Part shown: in pieces, positions 43,177-52,460 of the stretch | Position numbering within the stretch: the first letter of the stretch is position 1 | How the letters are laid out: each line of letters opens with the position of its first letter | Source: Patescibacteria group bacterium | GTDB taxonomy: Bacteria; Patescibacteriota; Minisyncoccia; Phycocordibacterales; Zambryskibacteraceae | Reading direction: 5' to 3' | Assembly: GCA_004322205.1 (NCBI GenBank) | Contig: SCSN01000005.1 | Location: 6,642 to 70,641, forward strand | Length of the DNA stretch: 64,000 nucleotides | The notes under the pieces: generated by a model | Seen by the model: only the letters and a program-made list of their open reading frames with translations | The model's database searches: none | Told to the model about the DNA's origin: nothing | Program-made: the position numbers and the translations under genes

Positions 43177-43866
43177 CTAGTGCCGGTCTGCCATTTCGCT
43201 TCGCATCTTCCTAATGAAGTCGGCAGCTGCCTCCTGACCACCGAGGCCAAAGGCAAGCCCCAAAGCAAGCGCCAGGGCGATAACAAAGCCGGTAAAGAGA
43301 GTTTGGCTGAAAGCTGCAGCAACTCCGAGTTGAACAAGAGCGGCAAGGAAAGCGAAAATCCAAATTGCCCATCGAGTGATCGCTCCGAGCATCGCTGAAG
43401 CTCGAATTTCCGCCGCTCGTGCCGAGGACACCACCACTCGCTGCATGACTTCGCCCAAAACTCCTCCGACCAAAAGCACTAGCACCGCCACGATGACGCG
43501 CGGCAGATAGGCAAGGACAACTTCGCGAAGGAAGGTGTTTACTTGCGACAGCCCCAAGACATCAAAGGCGGCAATGAGGAAGACGATGATGATAAACCAC
43601 TTCACCAGTCCTCCGACAAATCCTCCGGAGTTGAGAGAGAGCCCACCTCGGTGCAAAATCTCATCTGCCCCCGTTTTCTTGAGCGCTTCATCAATGCGGA
43701 TGGAGCGGAACAATTGCTGGATGACTCGCCCGACAATTGTCCCGACTACCCAGCCGAGAACGAAGATGATAATTGCAACCACGAGGTTGGGAACTATCTG
43801 CGCAATCCCTCCCCAGAGGTCTTGAAAAGACGCCGTCAGGACATCTCTCCAGGTAGTGATAATCAT
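43177..43866 (-). CDS. CmpX/MscS TM-helix repeat membrane protein
   Basis: Two repeats PNLVVAIIIFVLGW / LPRVIVAVLVLLVG; ALGLAFGLGG. Confidence 0.82.
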   Translation of the reverse strand: MIITTWRDVLTASFQDLWGGIAQIVPNLVVAIIIFVLGWVVGTIVGRVIQQLFRSIRIDEALKKTGADEILHRGGLSLNSGGFVGGLVKWFIIIVFLIAAFDVLGLSQVNTFLREVVLAYLPRVIVAVLVLLVGGVLGEVMQRVVVSSARAAEIRASAMLGAITRWAIWIFAFLAALVQLGVAAAFSQTLFTGFVIALALALGLAFGLGGQEAAADFIRKMRSEMADRH

Positions 43867-44162
43867 GGTGCACACCGTGCGGCATCTCGCAAACAGGGCC
43901 GCACTCCTGGTTTACTATTGATAAACGTGACCTTTTGGAAATTCCAAAATCGCCACTTTCTATTATACCACCACCTTTTGCCTGTGTTTTAGCATCAAAA
44001 CGTGTTGTGGATAACAGCTCACTCGGATATTACTAAAAAAGAGTACGAATATACCGCTGCTGCGGGGTTGTTCTGCTCGTCTAACCGACTGTGCAAGGCT
44101 TTTTCAGAAGCAACCTTCGCTCGCTTGTGGAAAAAGCCGCCGCGCTCCAGAGTTTCCCATTT

Positions 44163-44783
44163 TTAGAGAATGCCGATCTTGTTTAGGATTTTCTCGTGCG
44201 GGTAGTCGAGAATATCGCGCACTAGCTTGTCGTACATAGCCAGCCGATAGCGGAATTCCGAGGTGTCAAAGATGGTATAGCGCAATTCGCGCCCCATTTC
44301 CGCTTCGATTGACTTAATTGCCGACTCGATTACCCCGCGGCGGATATGGTCTCCCACCACCAGAAGATCGACTCTGGACTCCGGGTCCTGGATAAAAGTC
44401 CCGGCAATAATGATGAGTTTCACGGCGCCGCCGCGCTGAAGTTTTCTGGCGATCTCTTTCGGCTCTAGGTGGCTCATGGTAATGAGAAACGTTTGGAGCG
44501 GGACGCGCGGCTTGAAGTGGTCATTGAATATCCAGCCGGGAGTTCGAACTTTCTTTGAGAGGCGTCTGCGTCGCCGTTTGACCAGAACGGTTTTGTAGAA
44601 AGATTTGCGCTTGATAAGACCAACTCTTCGGAGGGCGGGTAACTCTCTTCGAACTGACCGCGGGTTCTCCTTCGTCCGCCGAGCAAGATCTGATATGTCG
44701 TAGATTGCTCCTGGATTGAAGACGAAAAGCTTCAGGAGCTTTACTTTTGCCGTGCCACCGAAAAGTTTGGAGAGTGTATCCAT
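44163..44783 (-). CDS. wHTH plus nucleotidyltransferase-like domain protein
   Basis: LSKLFGG..KVKLLKLF...VRREL helix-turn-helix; VDLLVVGD; ELRYTIF. Confidence 0.7.
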   Translation of the reverse strand: MDTLSKLFGGTAKVKLLKLFVFNPGAIYDISDLARRTKENPRSVRRELPALRRVGLIKRKSFYKTVLVKRRRRRLSKKVRTPGWIFNDHFKPRVPLQTFLITMSHLEPKEIARKLQRGGAVKLIIIAGTFIQDPESRVDLLVVGDHIRRGVIESAIKSIEAEMGRELRYTIFDTSEFRYRLAMYDKLVRDILDYPHEKILNKIGIL

Positions 44784-44899
44784 AGTTCCATATTGTATCA
44801 ATCGAGCTCATTGCGCAAGATATCTTGACAGTAGTCGTAAAGCATATTATTCTACACACGGAAAGCACCTAACACGGACCTCATAACAGAGGAGGAACG

Positions 44900-45496
44900 T
44901 TGAGATCCAGTCACATCTTTCTCGTTCCTTACGCCTACGACCGTCTCAACAAGAACAAGCAGGAAGGCAAAGGAACAAGAGCGCGGTGCGATGCGCTTAT
45001 TGAAGTCATCCGGAGGATTCCGGAAGAGGAGATTGTTGGTGTCATTCTCACGGCAGGGTTCACGAAGGAGAATCCCCGAGCTCCCAGCAACAAACACCGA
45101 ATCAGCCTTGCCGAGCAGATGTCCGCTTACCTTCAGCTTTGCGAATGGAAGCTTGAAGGCAAAACCACGGTGGAGCCGTGTACCTGGGGCACTCTCGGCG
45201 AGACAGTGGAAGCAATTCGCATCGCAGAGGCATTGTGCCGACGAAGGCAGATGCCGCCGAAGTCTGTCGAGATATTCGTCTCGTCGAACCCGCTCCATCT
45301 CTATGGGCGTATAGCTCTCTGCTGGTTTGCCCTAAAGCCAAGGGGCTGGAGAGTGAGACTTGTTCCCGCCCGACACCGCTTCACCTGGCGTGAGTGCTTG
45401 AGGGAACTGTTTGTAAAGATTCCTTACTGCGCTTTCACTCTGCTAGGTATGGGGTTTTTGGGATCGGTCCGAAGCAAAACGGCGCTTGTGTGCTAG
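44900..45496 (+). CDS. YdcF/DUF218-like protein
   Basis: ILTAG, SLAEQMSAYL, EPCTWGTLGE, VSSNPLHLYGR; GAGGAGG RBS; terminator at 45476-45513. Confidence 0.65.
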   Translation: MRSSHIFLVPYAYDRLNKNKQEGKGTRARCDALIEVIRRIPEEEIVGVILTAGFTKENPRAPSNKHRISLAEQMSAYLQLCEWKLEGKTTVEPCTWGTLGETVEAIRIAEALCRRRQMPPKSVEIFVSSNPLHLYGRIALCWFALKPRGWRVRLVPARHRFTWRECLRELFVKIPYCAFTLLGMGFLGSVRSKTALVC

Positions 45497-45605
45497 CACA
45501 CAAGCGCCGTTTTCACTTTCCACAAACTGAAAGCTACATGAACATAACTTTACCCTCTAAATCACCCCCGCGTGCGCAGGATGCTTGAGCAGTCATTTGA
45601 AGTTT

Positions 45606-45717
45606 TACCCCGTTAGAAGCCGCGATCGCGGATCGCGATCTGTTTCTAACGGGATGAATGCAGTTTGGTTTTAGCGAACACGGGGTTTAATGCTCCGCGT
45701 GAGTTTCTAACGGGGTT
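45606..45717. repeat. Nested ACCCCGTTAGAA/TTCTAACGGGGT inverted-repeat elements
   Basis: One left end (45606) and two right ends (~45643, ~45705), with an internal palindrome cgcgatcgcggatcgcg. Confidence 0.6.
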
Positions 45718-46196
45718 TACTTCAATGCTACCTTGCCTCCGGCTTCCTCAACTTTCTTCTTGAGTTCTGCCGCCTCCTCTTTCTTCATATCAGTCTTGAG
45801 CATGGAGGGCACTCCGTCAACTAAGTCCTTTGCCTCTTTGAGCCCCAAAACAAGTACTTCCTTCACTACTTTAATGACAGCAATTTTGTTGGCGCCGCCA
45901 TCAGTAAGTTCAACGCTGACAGTGCTTTTCTCTTCACTTTCGCCGACTTGTCCACCCGCAACTGGGGCAACGGCCACAGCGGAGGCGGAGACGCCGAATT
46001 TTTTCTCAAAGACTTTAACCAGTTCATTGAGTTCGAGCACCGACATCTCCCTGATTTCCTCAACAATTTTCTTGAATTTTGCAGGAACCTCGGTCTCACT
46101 TTTTTCTTTCCCGACGCTTTCAGGTCGGGACTCCGACTCGGCTTCAGCCGACGTCGGAGCTGTCTTGATTTCCTTCTTCTTATCTTCTTCTGCCAT
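45717..46196 (-). CDS. rplL: 50S ribosomal protein L7/L12 with an acidic N-terminal extension
   Basis: MSVLELNELVK, KIAVIKVVKE..LGLKEAKDLVD, EAGGKV. Confidence 0.97.
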   Translation of the reverse strand: MAEEDKKKEIKTAPTSAEAESESRPESVGKEKSETEVPAKFKKIVEEIREMSVLELNELVKVFEKKFGVSASAVAVAPVAGGQVGESEEKSTVSVELTDGGANKIAVIKVVKEVLVLGLKEAKDLVDGVPSMLKTDMKKEEAAELKKKVEEAGGKVALK

Positions 46197-46218
46197 ATTT
46201 TTTCGTTATTCCTTATTC

Positions 46219-46713
46219 CTAATTCGTCATTCGCGTTTTGGCAATTTCGCCTAGTGAAATAACAAAACGCTGTATTGGTGAATTGATAATGTTCACAAAC
46301 TTACCGTGCAGGATTGGCAACGGCGGAATAGTAGCAATGTCCATCATTTCCGCCTGATTCAGGTACCGCCCCTCAAAGATTCCTCCCAAGATTTTGAGAT
46401 TTTCGGGATTTTTCTTCTGAAACTCATATACCCCTCGCGCAGGCGCGACCAAATCATCGCCCCAAGCCAGCGCCAGTTCTCCGGCGAATTCCGGCATCGA
46501 ACCGGAAACTTTTGTATCTTCGAGCGCCCGGCGCACTAAGTTTTTCTTGGCGACATAGTAAGCAACGCCCGCCGCCCGAAGCGCACGGCGCAGTTCACTG
46601 GCCGCCGCCACAGTAAGCCCGTGAAAATTCACAAAGACCAGCGACTTAGTGTCCTTAAGCGCTTCTTTAATCCTTGCAACAATCTCTTTTTTCTTTTCCT
46701 TTGTAACTGCCAT
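46219..46713 (-). CDS. rplJ: 50S ribosomal protein L10
   Basis: FHGLTV...LRRALR...VAKKNL, GGIFEG. Confidence 0.95.
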   Translation of the reverse strand: MAVTKEKKKEIVARIKEALKDTKSLVFVNFHGLTVAAASELRRALRAAGVAYYVAKKNLVRRALEDTKVSGSMPEFAGELALAWGDDLVAPARGVYEFQKKNPENLKILGGIFEGRYLNQAEMMDIATIPPLPILHGKFVNIINSPIQRFVISLGEIAKTRMTN

Positions 46714-46819
46714 CGAGAATTTACTTAGTGAACGCTAGTGAACTTAGGAAATCCTCGACCCCGCCAAGGCGGGGTTTAAGAAAATATAGTCACTCTGTTC
46801 CTTATTTTCTAAAACAAAA

Positions 46820-46937
46820 CGACCTAAAGGCCGCATGGAGTCCGCCCTTCACGTGCGCGCACGTGAAGGGCCGCCTCGACCGGCTGACCCTTTGGGATTA
46901 CGCCCCGCCTTGGCGGGGCACCGGCTGTCTTTGGCCC
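46820..46937 (-). promoter_or_regulatory. L10 leader (autogenous control RNA)
   Basis: CCAAAGACAGCCGGTG...CCGGTCGAGG kink-turn-like pairing upstream of rplJ; TTGACA at 46974-46969. Confidence 0.65.
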
Positions 46938-47127
46938 TTGCCAACTAGATTACACCAGCAAAATTTCTTGTCAAACGAAAAAGGAGTTACCCTCACCTCC
47001 AACCATACTCTCTGATGTATATTTGTTAAATTCTTCTTCAGAACAAATTATTTCTTGACTTTACTTGAGCACATGCCAATATCTTGTCCAGAAACAGGTC
47101 TTTCAACAGACCGCGAGGGAGGCAGAG

Positions 47128-48040
47128 ATGTCCCCACGAATCAAGGATATAGGGCTAGAGATTCTGGTTGACCCAGAGAGAGTGCACCCCTTTCAAGACC
47201 AACCGCGGAAGCACTTCAGCAAGAGAGGCTTGGAGGAGCTGGCAGATAGCATAGAGACAAGCGGCCAGTTACAGCCGGCGACAGTCAGAATCCTTTGCGG
47301 AGATGGAGACGACACGGAATTCGAGCTCATCGACGGCGAAAGACGCTGGAGAGCCTGCCTCATTAAGAGGGTGGCCGCTTCGTGCGGTCATTCGGCACGT
47401 CGAGAACGAGAATTTGCAGCACCTCCAATCCGCAGTGTCAAATTTCGGGAGGGAAGGCCATACCCCTCTCGAAATTGCCCATGCTCTGGCGAGAATTCGA
47501 GCCGATTTTCACTTGACCCTAGAGCAGTTGGCCAAGCATTTCGGTAAGACTGTCGGCTGGGCTTGGCAACACTTGAGCTTGCTTCGTCTCCACCCAGACG
47601 TCCAGAAACTGATGTCGCCCGAGCTCCCAAGATCAAAGCAACTCCGGTTCTCAATCGCCATCATGCTAGTGAAGTGGTCTGTCGACGAGCAGACTGCAAT
47701 AGCAGCTAGGATCGTTGAGGGTCGCTGGAAGTTGCGGCGGGCTCGCCACGAAATCCGCAAGCGAGCACAACAACTGGGACTCGAGACAGGTGGGGCAAAG
47801 CGACCAAGGCAACCCCACGACGACTACCGAATCCTAGCCAGCTTTCTGCGGCGAATCAGCGAGGACGCCGAACTTCTCTTGGGTCTCAAGGCCAAGAGGT
47901 TCGACGAGATGTTTGCGGCTCGAAGCCAAATCGAGCGAGTTCGGATGCTCAAGAGTGTCGAAGAGTGTATTGAGTCGCTTACGCTCATAAGGCAGCATGT
48001 CGAACGACCAGCCGAGGCTCAAAGGATTTTGTCCTCATAG
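47128..48040 (+). pseudogene. ParB/Spo0J-family protein with a +1 frameshift at ~47368
   Basis: QPRKHF...LEELADSI...GQLQP, ELIDGERRWRAC in frame 1; PLRAVIR..NFGREGHTPLE.A plus HTH in frame 2. Confidence 0.8.
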
Positions 48041-48156
48041 GTCTGTAGCTCGCGACGCAGCAATTTGTGCTGCGTCGCGATTTATTTATTTATGAATCTC
48101 CTTGTCAAACAAAAGCCGCCGTCTGCGACGCAGACGGCGGTAACTTCGTGTTGCGG

Positions 48157-49332
48157 CTACTTCTCGGTCAGTTCCGGCTTGGGCGGCAGCCCGCGGATAT
48201 CCTTGGGTAACCTCACCCCGTATTTCCACCTAATCTGATCATCCGGCTCCCATCCGTCCCGCTCCTTCTCCACAACCTCGAGCCTGACTGTTACCTCCGG
48301 GTGATGAGGATTGACCCAGCTCTCGGCTTTCTTCACAAGCACTCCGAACTCTCTGGTTACATACTCCTCCGGAGACATGCGCCGGAGATAGTCGGGGCGC
48401 GTCACGTAAAACGAAACGGTTGCCCTCATAATACCCACCGATGTCACTTCTCCGCCTGTCCCGTAGGGCGGCGACAGATGAGTGAGAAGTGAGCGGGCTG
48501 ACTTATCTGCTTTGGCGAGCTCTCTTGCCGTAAGAATGGTCGCATCCCAAGCAACAACTGACGCCCCCTTGCCCAACTCCCTCACTACCCCGAGAAGGCC
48601 GGTTGCCGTCGGCTCACGGAAGGAATCAAGACCGACTCTCTTCGCCCAACCGGAAAAAAGAACAGGAAAGAGACCTGATAAATCAAAGCTGGATTTCGCT
48701 ATCTGCCTGTCCCCGATTGTACGGAGGTGTCTCTCCACCCTCGCGATTGGAGTCAGCGCATCACGGTCCCTGACTGCCTTCTGCACAACTCCGCGAAACT
48801 CCGTCGGAGAAATTGCCACCTCAAGGAGGTAATTGAAGAGCTCATCGGCCTCGGTCTCGTCCTTGGTCTGCTCCCACTGGCGAGCGATTTCACCGAGAAT
48901 CCTCGCCAGCGTTTTGGGGAACACCGGAACCTGCCTTTCACCTTTTCTCGTTTCATCTTCGGCAATCCATTCGCGAGTTACACCCTTGCCAGTGTGAGGA
49001 ATCGCCTTGAACAAATCCTTGGCGAAAACTGCTTTGCGCCGATCGGCCGCCTCAAGCGCTCCTCGAACTCTTGAGGCCTCTTCTGTGTCTCCCGCAGAGG
49101 AGACTGCCTCGTCTTCAATTGCACAGAAGAGATACTCAAGGTACTTCAGGAGCTCCCCGTCAGCCCACTCATGCTCCTTCGGCATAGACGGTCGGTCAGC
49201 AACCGTTCGAGCAAAAACCACCACCATCTCATTGAGGAAAGTTATTCGCTCGCTTTGACCTCGTGGTTCGAGTGAAAACCACAAACTCCAGTTGCCTCCG
49301 ACCTTCTCGAGCACATTATTGCGCGCAGGCAT
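48157..49332 (-). CDS. Hypothetical protein (391 aa)
   Basis: Long ORF with GAGGTG RBS, upstream promoter module and terminator at 48115-48141; no motif recognised. Confidence 0.7.
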   Translation of the reverse strand: MPARNNVLEKVGGNWSLWFSLEPRGQSERITFLNEMVVVFARTVADRPSMPKEHEWADGELLKYLEYLFCAIEDEAVSSAGDTEEASRVRGALEAADRRKAVFAKDLFKAIPHTGKGVTREWIAEDETRKGERQVPVFPKTLARILGEIARQWEQTKDETEADELFNYLLEVAISPTEFRGVVQKAVRDRDALTPIARVERHLRTIGDRQIAKSSFDLSGLFPVLFSGWAKRVGLDSFREPTATGLLGVVRELGKGASVVAWDATILTARELAKADKSARSLLTHLSPPYGTGGEVTSVGIMRATVSFYVTRPDYLRRMSPEEYVTREFGVLVKKAESWVNPHHPEVTVRLEVVEKERDGWEPDDQIRWKYGVRLPKDIRGLPPKPELTEK

Positions 49333-49457
49333 TTCTCACCTCTGTGGCCTCGGCCACGTTTGACCCTTCTCACAGGAAGAGTGGTTTCTGGTGCCGCAGC
49401 ACCAATCAAAGAACATGAGGGTTCACCCTCACTTCTCACACTAACCTTGGGCACAAT

Positions 49458-49492
49458 TTTGTCAAACGAAAACGGGCTCCCTAGGGAGCCCG
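49458..49492. repeat. 35-bp terminator/-35 module, copy 1 (identical to 50649-50683)
   Basis: TTTGTCAAACGAAAACGGGCTCCCTAGGGAGCCCG. Confidence 0.85.
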
Positions 49493-50137
49493 CTGCGGCG
49501 TGGGGCGCAACCGCCGATACCTAAACCAGAGCAGGATAATCGCGGTGAGCACCACCAACGTCGGCGGATTGATGATCTGGAGAGGCACGTTGCCGGCAGC
49601 ATAAGCGTAGATCGTCCAGAACAAAGTCGAGACGAAGAATACGCTAACGTAGTTGATGTCAACCGCCCCAGGGTCACGAGCCTGCCAGAGTTCATACAAC
49701 TGGTGGGCCACAGCCAGCAGTCCTCCGGCAAAGGCCGCGGTCATTAACGTATCCTTCCAAGGCAGAATGATCATGCCCAGCGGAATGAGAGGAAGAATCT
49801 TCACCAATCTCCTCTCATTTTTCGAAAACCCCTTGTGCCTCCAGAGACCAAAGAGTACCTGGAGATAGAGGATTCCGAGCAGACCGTTAATGACGGGTGC
49901 AATGCTGTTAGTCACGATCCCATAGTAGAGAAACGTGAAGAACAGACTGCACAGGTAGGAGAACAGTGGAACCGACACTGCCTTGCCGGACTCCATCTGC
50001 TGAATTGTGTTCTTCTGCTTGACGAGGCTCCAGCCAGACAGAATGGTGAAGAAGACTGTTGCGATGAAGCTGATGGTTACAACATTCAAGTCCCAGTTTC
50101 TCCACTCTACGCTTTCCCGCAGCCACTGTTCGATCAA
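49481..50137 (-). CDS. 7-TM PQ-loop/SWEET-like membrane protein
   Basis: Two MtN3/PQ-like triple-helix repeats joined by a linker TM (Q..TI...SGKAVS; QLYELW...PGAVD; PVIN / QIIN). Confidence 0.7.
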   Translation of the reverse strand: MIEQWLRESVEWRNWDLNVVTISFIATVFFTILSGWSLVKQKNTIQQMESGKAVSVPLFSYLCSLFFTFLYYGIVTNSIAPVINGLLGILYLQVLFGLWRHKGFSKNERRLVKILPLIPLGMIILPWKDTLMTAAFAGGLLAVAHQLYELWQARDPGAVDINYVSVFFVSTLFWTIYAYAAGNVPLQIINPPTLVVLTAIILLWFRYRRLRPTPQRAP

Positions 50138-50281
50138 GGGACACCCCCATGGTCAAAGAATTCTGCTAGAATGATAACATGACTACAAACCCGCGTCAAA
50201 CCCCAGACTAAACGAAGACGCCCCGTGAGATGTATCGCCATCGGCGAATCGTCTCACGGGGCGCGGGGGTTTTCGACACCC

Positions 50282-50581
50282 CTAAAACGGCAAATTGTCG
50301 TCATCCTCGTCATTTCCTGTAGGCAACAGATGCCTAGGGAGAGACTCGGCGTTCCGTGGAATTTCGGGAAGTGAGACATGCGCTGGAAACGCTCCGGCTT
50401 GCACTCCTCGCGGGAACCAGTGGAGGTTGTCTTCTGTGGGAATGGTCTCCTCCCAAACCCCGCCCTTCATCTCAACCGACACATGAAAGACGGAAGTTCT
50501 TGGAATAAGCGGGATTTCGTATCTCCTGATGACGATGTTGATAGAATCCAGGACTACTCCTGCTCCTCCTCCGCCGCCCAT
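50282..50581 (-). CDS. Small hypothetical protein ending in an SSB-type acidic tail
   Basis: GAGGT RBS; C-terminus GNDEDDDNLPF. Confidence 0.55.
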   Translation of the reverse strand: MGGGGGAGVVLDSINIVIRRYEIPLIPRTSVFHVSVEMKGGVWEETIPTEDNLHWFPRGVQAGAFPAHVSLPEIPRNAESLPRHLLPTGNDEDDDNLPF

Positions 50582-50648
50582 ATAAACCTCGCAGCTTGGG
50601 TTGACGTTGACGAGAACACTCCAAAACCAACCTATCACCCGTCAGAAG

Positions 50649-50683
50649 TTTGTCAAACGAAAACGGGCTCCCTAGGGAGCCCG
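50649..50683. repeat. 35-bp terminator/-35 module, copy 2
   Basis: Identical to 49458-49492. Confidence 0.85.
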
Positions 50684-50697
50684 TTGCGCAATCAAGC

Positions 50698-51078
50698 CTA
50701 ATGAATTCTCCGCCGAGGGTCAGGCAGTTCCTCATTGTCGAGCTTGATAGCCAGAGCAAGAACGAGAAGAGCATTTCTCACTCTGGGGCTTCTGCCGCCG
50801 CCAATGAGAGGTACTCTAAAGCGGTGAGTGAAGTGTCGGTCGCCGGATTCCGGGTCAATGTCCGAAATGATGTCAATCCAGCCATCACTGTCCTGGCTGA
50901 AGCTGACTCCAAGAGTGCTGTCGAGGCCGTCGGTGTCGTCGCTCCTGCGCCTGTAGATAATGTTCGGCTGGAGCGCCGAGAGCCAGAAGTGGCCCTCGAG
51001 CAAGAGCTTCGCAAGCTCGTCCGGATATCGCTTCACCAACTTCCGCAGTCGATTCAGGGTTCTCTTGTCTGCGGGCAT
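50698..51078 (-). CDS. Hypothetical protein (126 aa)
   Basis: AGGAG RBS before MPADKR; followed by the terminator module. Confidence 0.6.
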   Translation of the reverse strand: MPADKRTLNRLRKLVKRYPDELAKLLLEGHFWLSALQPNIIYRRRSDDTDGLDSTLGVSFSQDSDGWIDIISDIDPESGDRHFTHRFRVPLIGGGRSPRVRNALLVLALAIKLDNEELPDPRRRIH

Positions 51079-51498
51079 CTCACACGCTCCTACGAAAATG
51101 AAGAAGCGGGTCTTCCGACAGACTATCACCGTAAACAGAACTTGCAAACTACTCCTTTATTCTAATGTTCTCAAGAACATTAGAATAAGACAACAAAATG
51201 GTGAAAATAGAGATGTTCAGTAAAACACCTTGCGTTTCTTGTACAGTTTTCATAAAGAACCTCGCCCCAAGGGGGACTAGGCATTAGGAGCCCCCTTGGG
51301 GCGAACCGGGGTGTTCTTTGTTGTGGAAGCGCGAAACTCCGCTCGCAACGGATTATTATGCGGCCATCCATCCCCGGCCGCCCAGCCTTCGCAGCCGAAG
51401 CGGCTGCTTCGGCAGAGTAGGCCAAGCAGACGGGGTATTCTGGCCGCTTACAATAAAAACCAACGCCCACTCGGAGAGTGGGCGTGCGTTGCGCGCAG

Positions 51499-51741
51499 TT
51501 ATGCCAAACCACAGGAGGAGCAATGGGCGAGGATGATGGACAGTATCATGAGTATGACCATGATAATGTTCAGCACCAACCCTCCCCACTTCAGGAACCG
51601 ATTAGCAGAACGACTGCTTCCAATCACGAGAACAATCTCCTCACTGGGAGATATCTTAACGATAGCTCGACGACATGAGCCGACGATATGCATAATCAAC
51701 CTGTTCTCGCGAAAGCTACAATCCGTCCTGCGGTGGTGCAT
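51499..51741 (-). CDS. Small protein with a C-terminal TM
   Basis: AAGGAGG RBS; hairpin ACGCCCACT..AGTGGGCGT downstream. Confidence 0.45.
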   Translation of the reverse strand: MHHRRTDCSFRENRLIMHIVGSCRRAIVKISPSEEIVLVIGSSRSANRFLKWGGLVLNIIMVILMILSIILAHCSSCGLA

Positions 51742-51911
51742 GTGCCCTCCTTCGGGCAGTTGAAAGGTACACGCTGTCTTCTGCCCACACCAAACAGTGG
51801 GACCGGACAGCACAAGGAATCATACCAGAACTTTGAGAAGATACTGTGAATAACAAATTTCTTAGAAAAGACGTTATAGTGTCATGAAGGTGTTTTGCTG
51901 ATTAGGAAAGA

Positions 51912-52217
51912 TCACCAAAACAATTTTTCTAACTCGCTTGAAGCAAGTAAAAACGACCTGTAGGTAAAGTAACCCAAAATAAAATCACCAATTATCACAA
52001 AGAGAAAAACTCTCGTTCTTTTTCTCACAACCTGATCTCGGTTACCCAAGAACCCGATTAAAGCAAGTGTTAAATCTACTGCAACAAAATAGATACCTGC
52101 CTTCCAAAGAACATACGACGGCAAATACGAATTAAACAACGAAGAGACGCCTAGAATTGCAACGAATCCTAACAACAAAAAAACAGATAAATGAAAAATG
52201 GTGGTTCGAGGTCTCAT
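51912..52217 (-). CDS. 3-TM membrane protein (candidate immunity 4)
   Basis: Hydrophobic and AT-rich; directly follows the repeat fragment ..LVEMLNGLLDNL*. Confidence 0.7.
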   Translation of the reverse strand: MRPRTTIFHLSVFLLLGFVAILGVSSLFNSYLPSYVLWKAGIYFVAVDLTLALIGFLGNRDQVVRKRTRVFLFVIIGDFILGYFTYRSFLLASSELEKLFW

Positions 52218-52224
52218 TGAATAT

Positions 52225-52270
52225 TTATAAATTATCCAACAACCCATTCAACATTTCAACTAAGAGCATC
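52225..52270 (-). repeat. Short copy of the repeated 3'-end fragment (MLLVEMLNGLLDNL*)
   Basis: taaattatccaacaa...aacatttcaactaa shared with 52911-52950 and 53364-53400. Confidence 0.75.
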
Positions 52271-52460
52271 TTAGCGGCCAGATCAAAAAACATTGTGCTT
52301 CGGGTACGGCAATGTCTCCTCACTAAAACAACATTCTCACGCTCCTAGGAACGTGAGAATGTTGTCAGATGCGCAAAGAGCAACACTCTGCTCTCCGATC
52401 CAGAGCGAGCGATTATTTACAGCAATAGTGTAGTCTTAATGCATTCTCTACTTTAAACAC

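Noticed and set aside
43980-44160. DnaA-box-like TGTGGATAA (~44007; another at ~60507) as oriC
   Set aside because: Isolated boxes with no dnaA/dnaN nearby and no switch in gene-strand bias.
46096-46196. Acidic N-terminal extension of L7/L12 as a novelty
   Set aside because: Low-complexity extensions on this protein are not unusual, and no further signal was seen.
51523-51678. Plus-strand ORF MGEDDGQ... with a GGAGGAG upstream
   Set aside because: Antisense to a minus-strand ORF that has an RBS, a TM helix and a terminator and matches neighbouring gene orientation; cannot be fully excluded.
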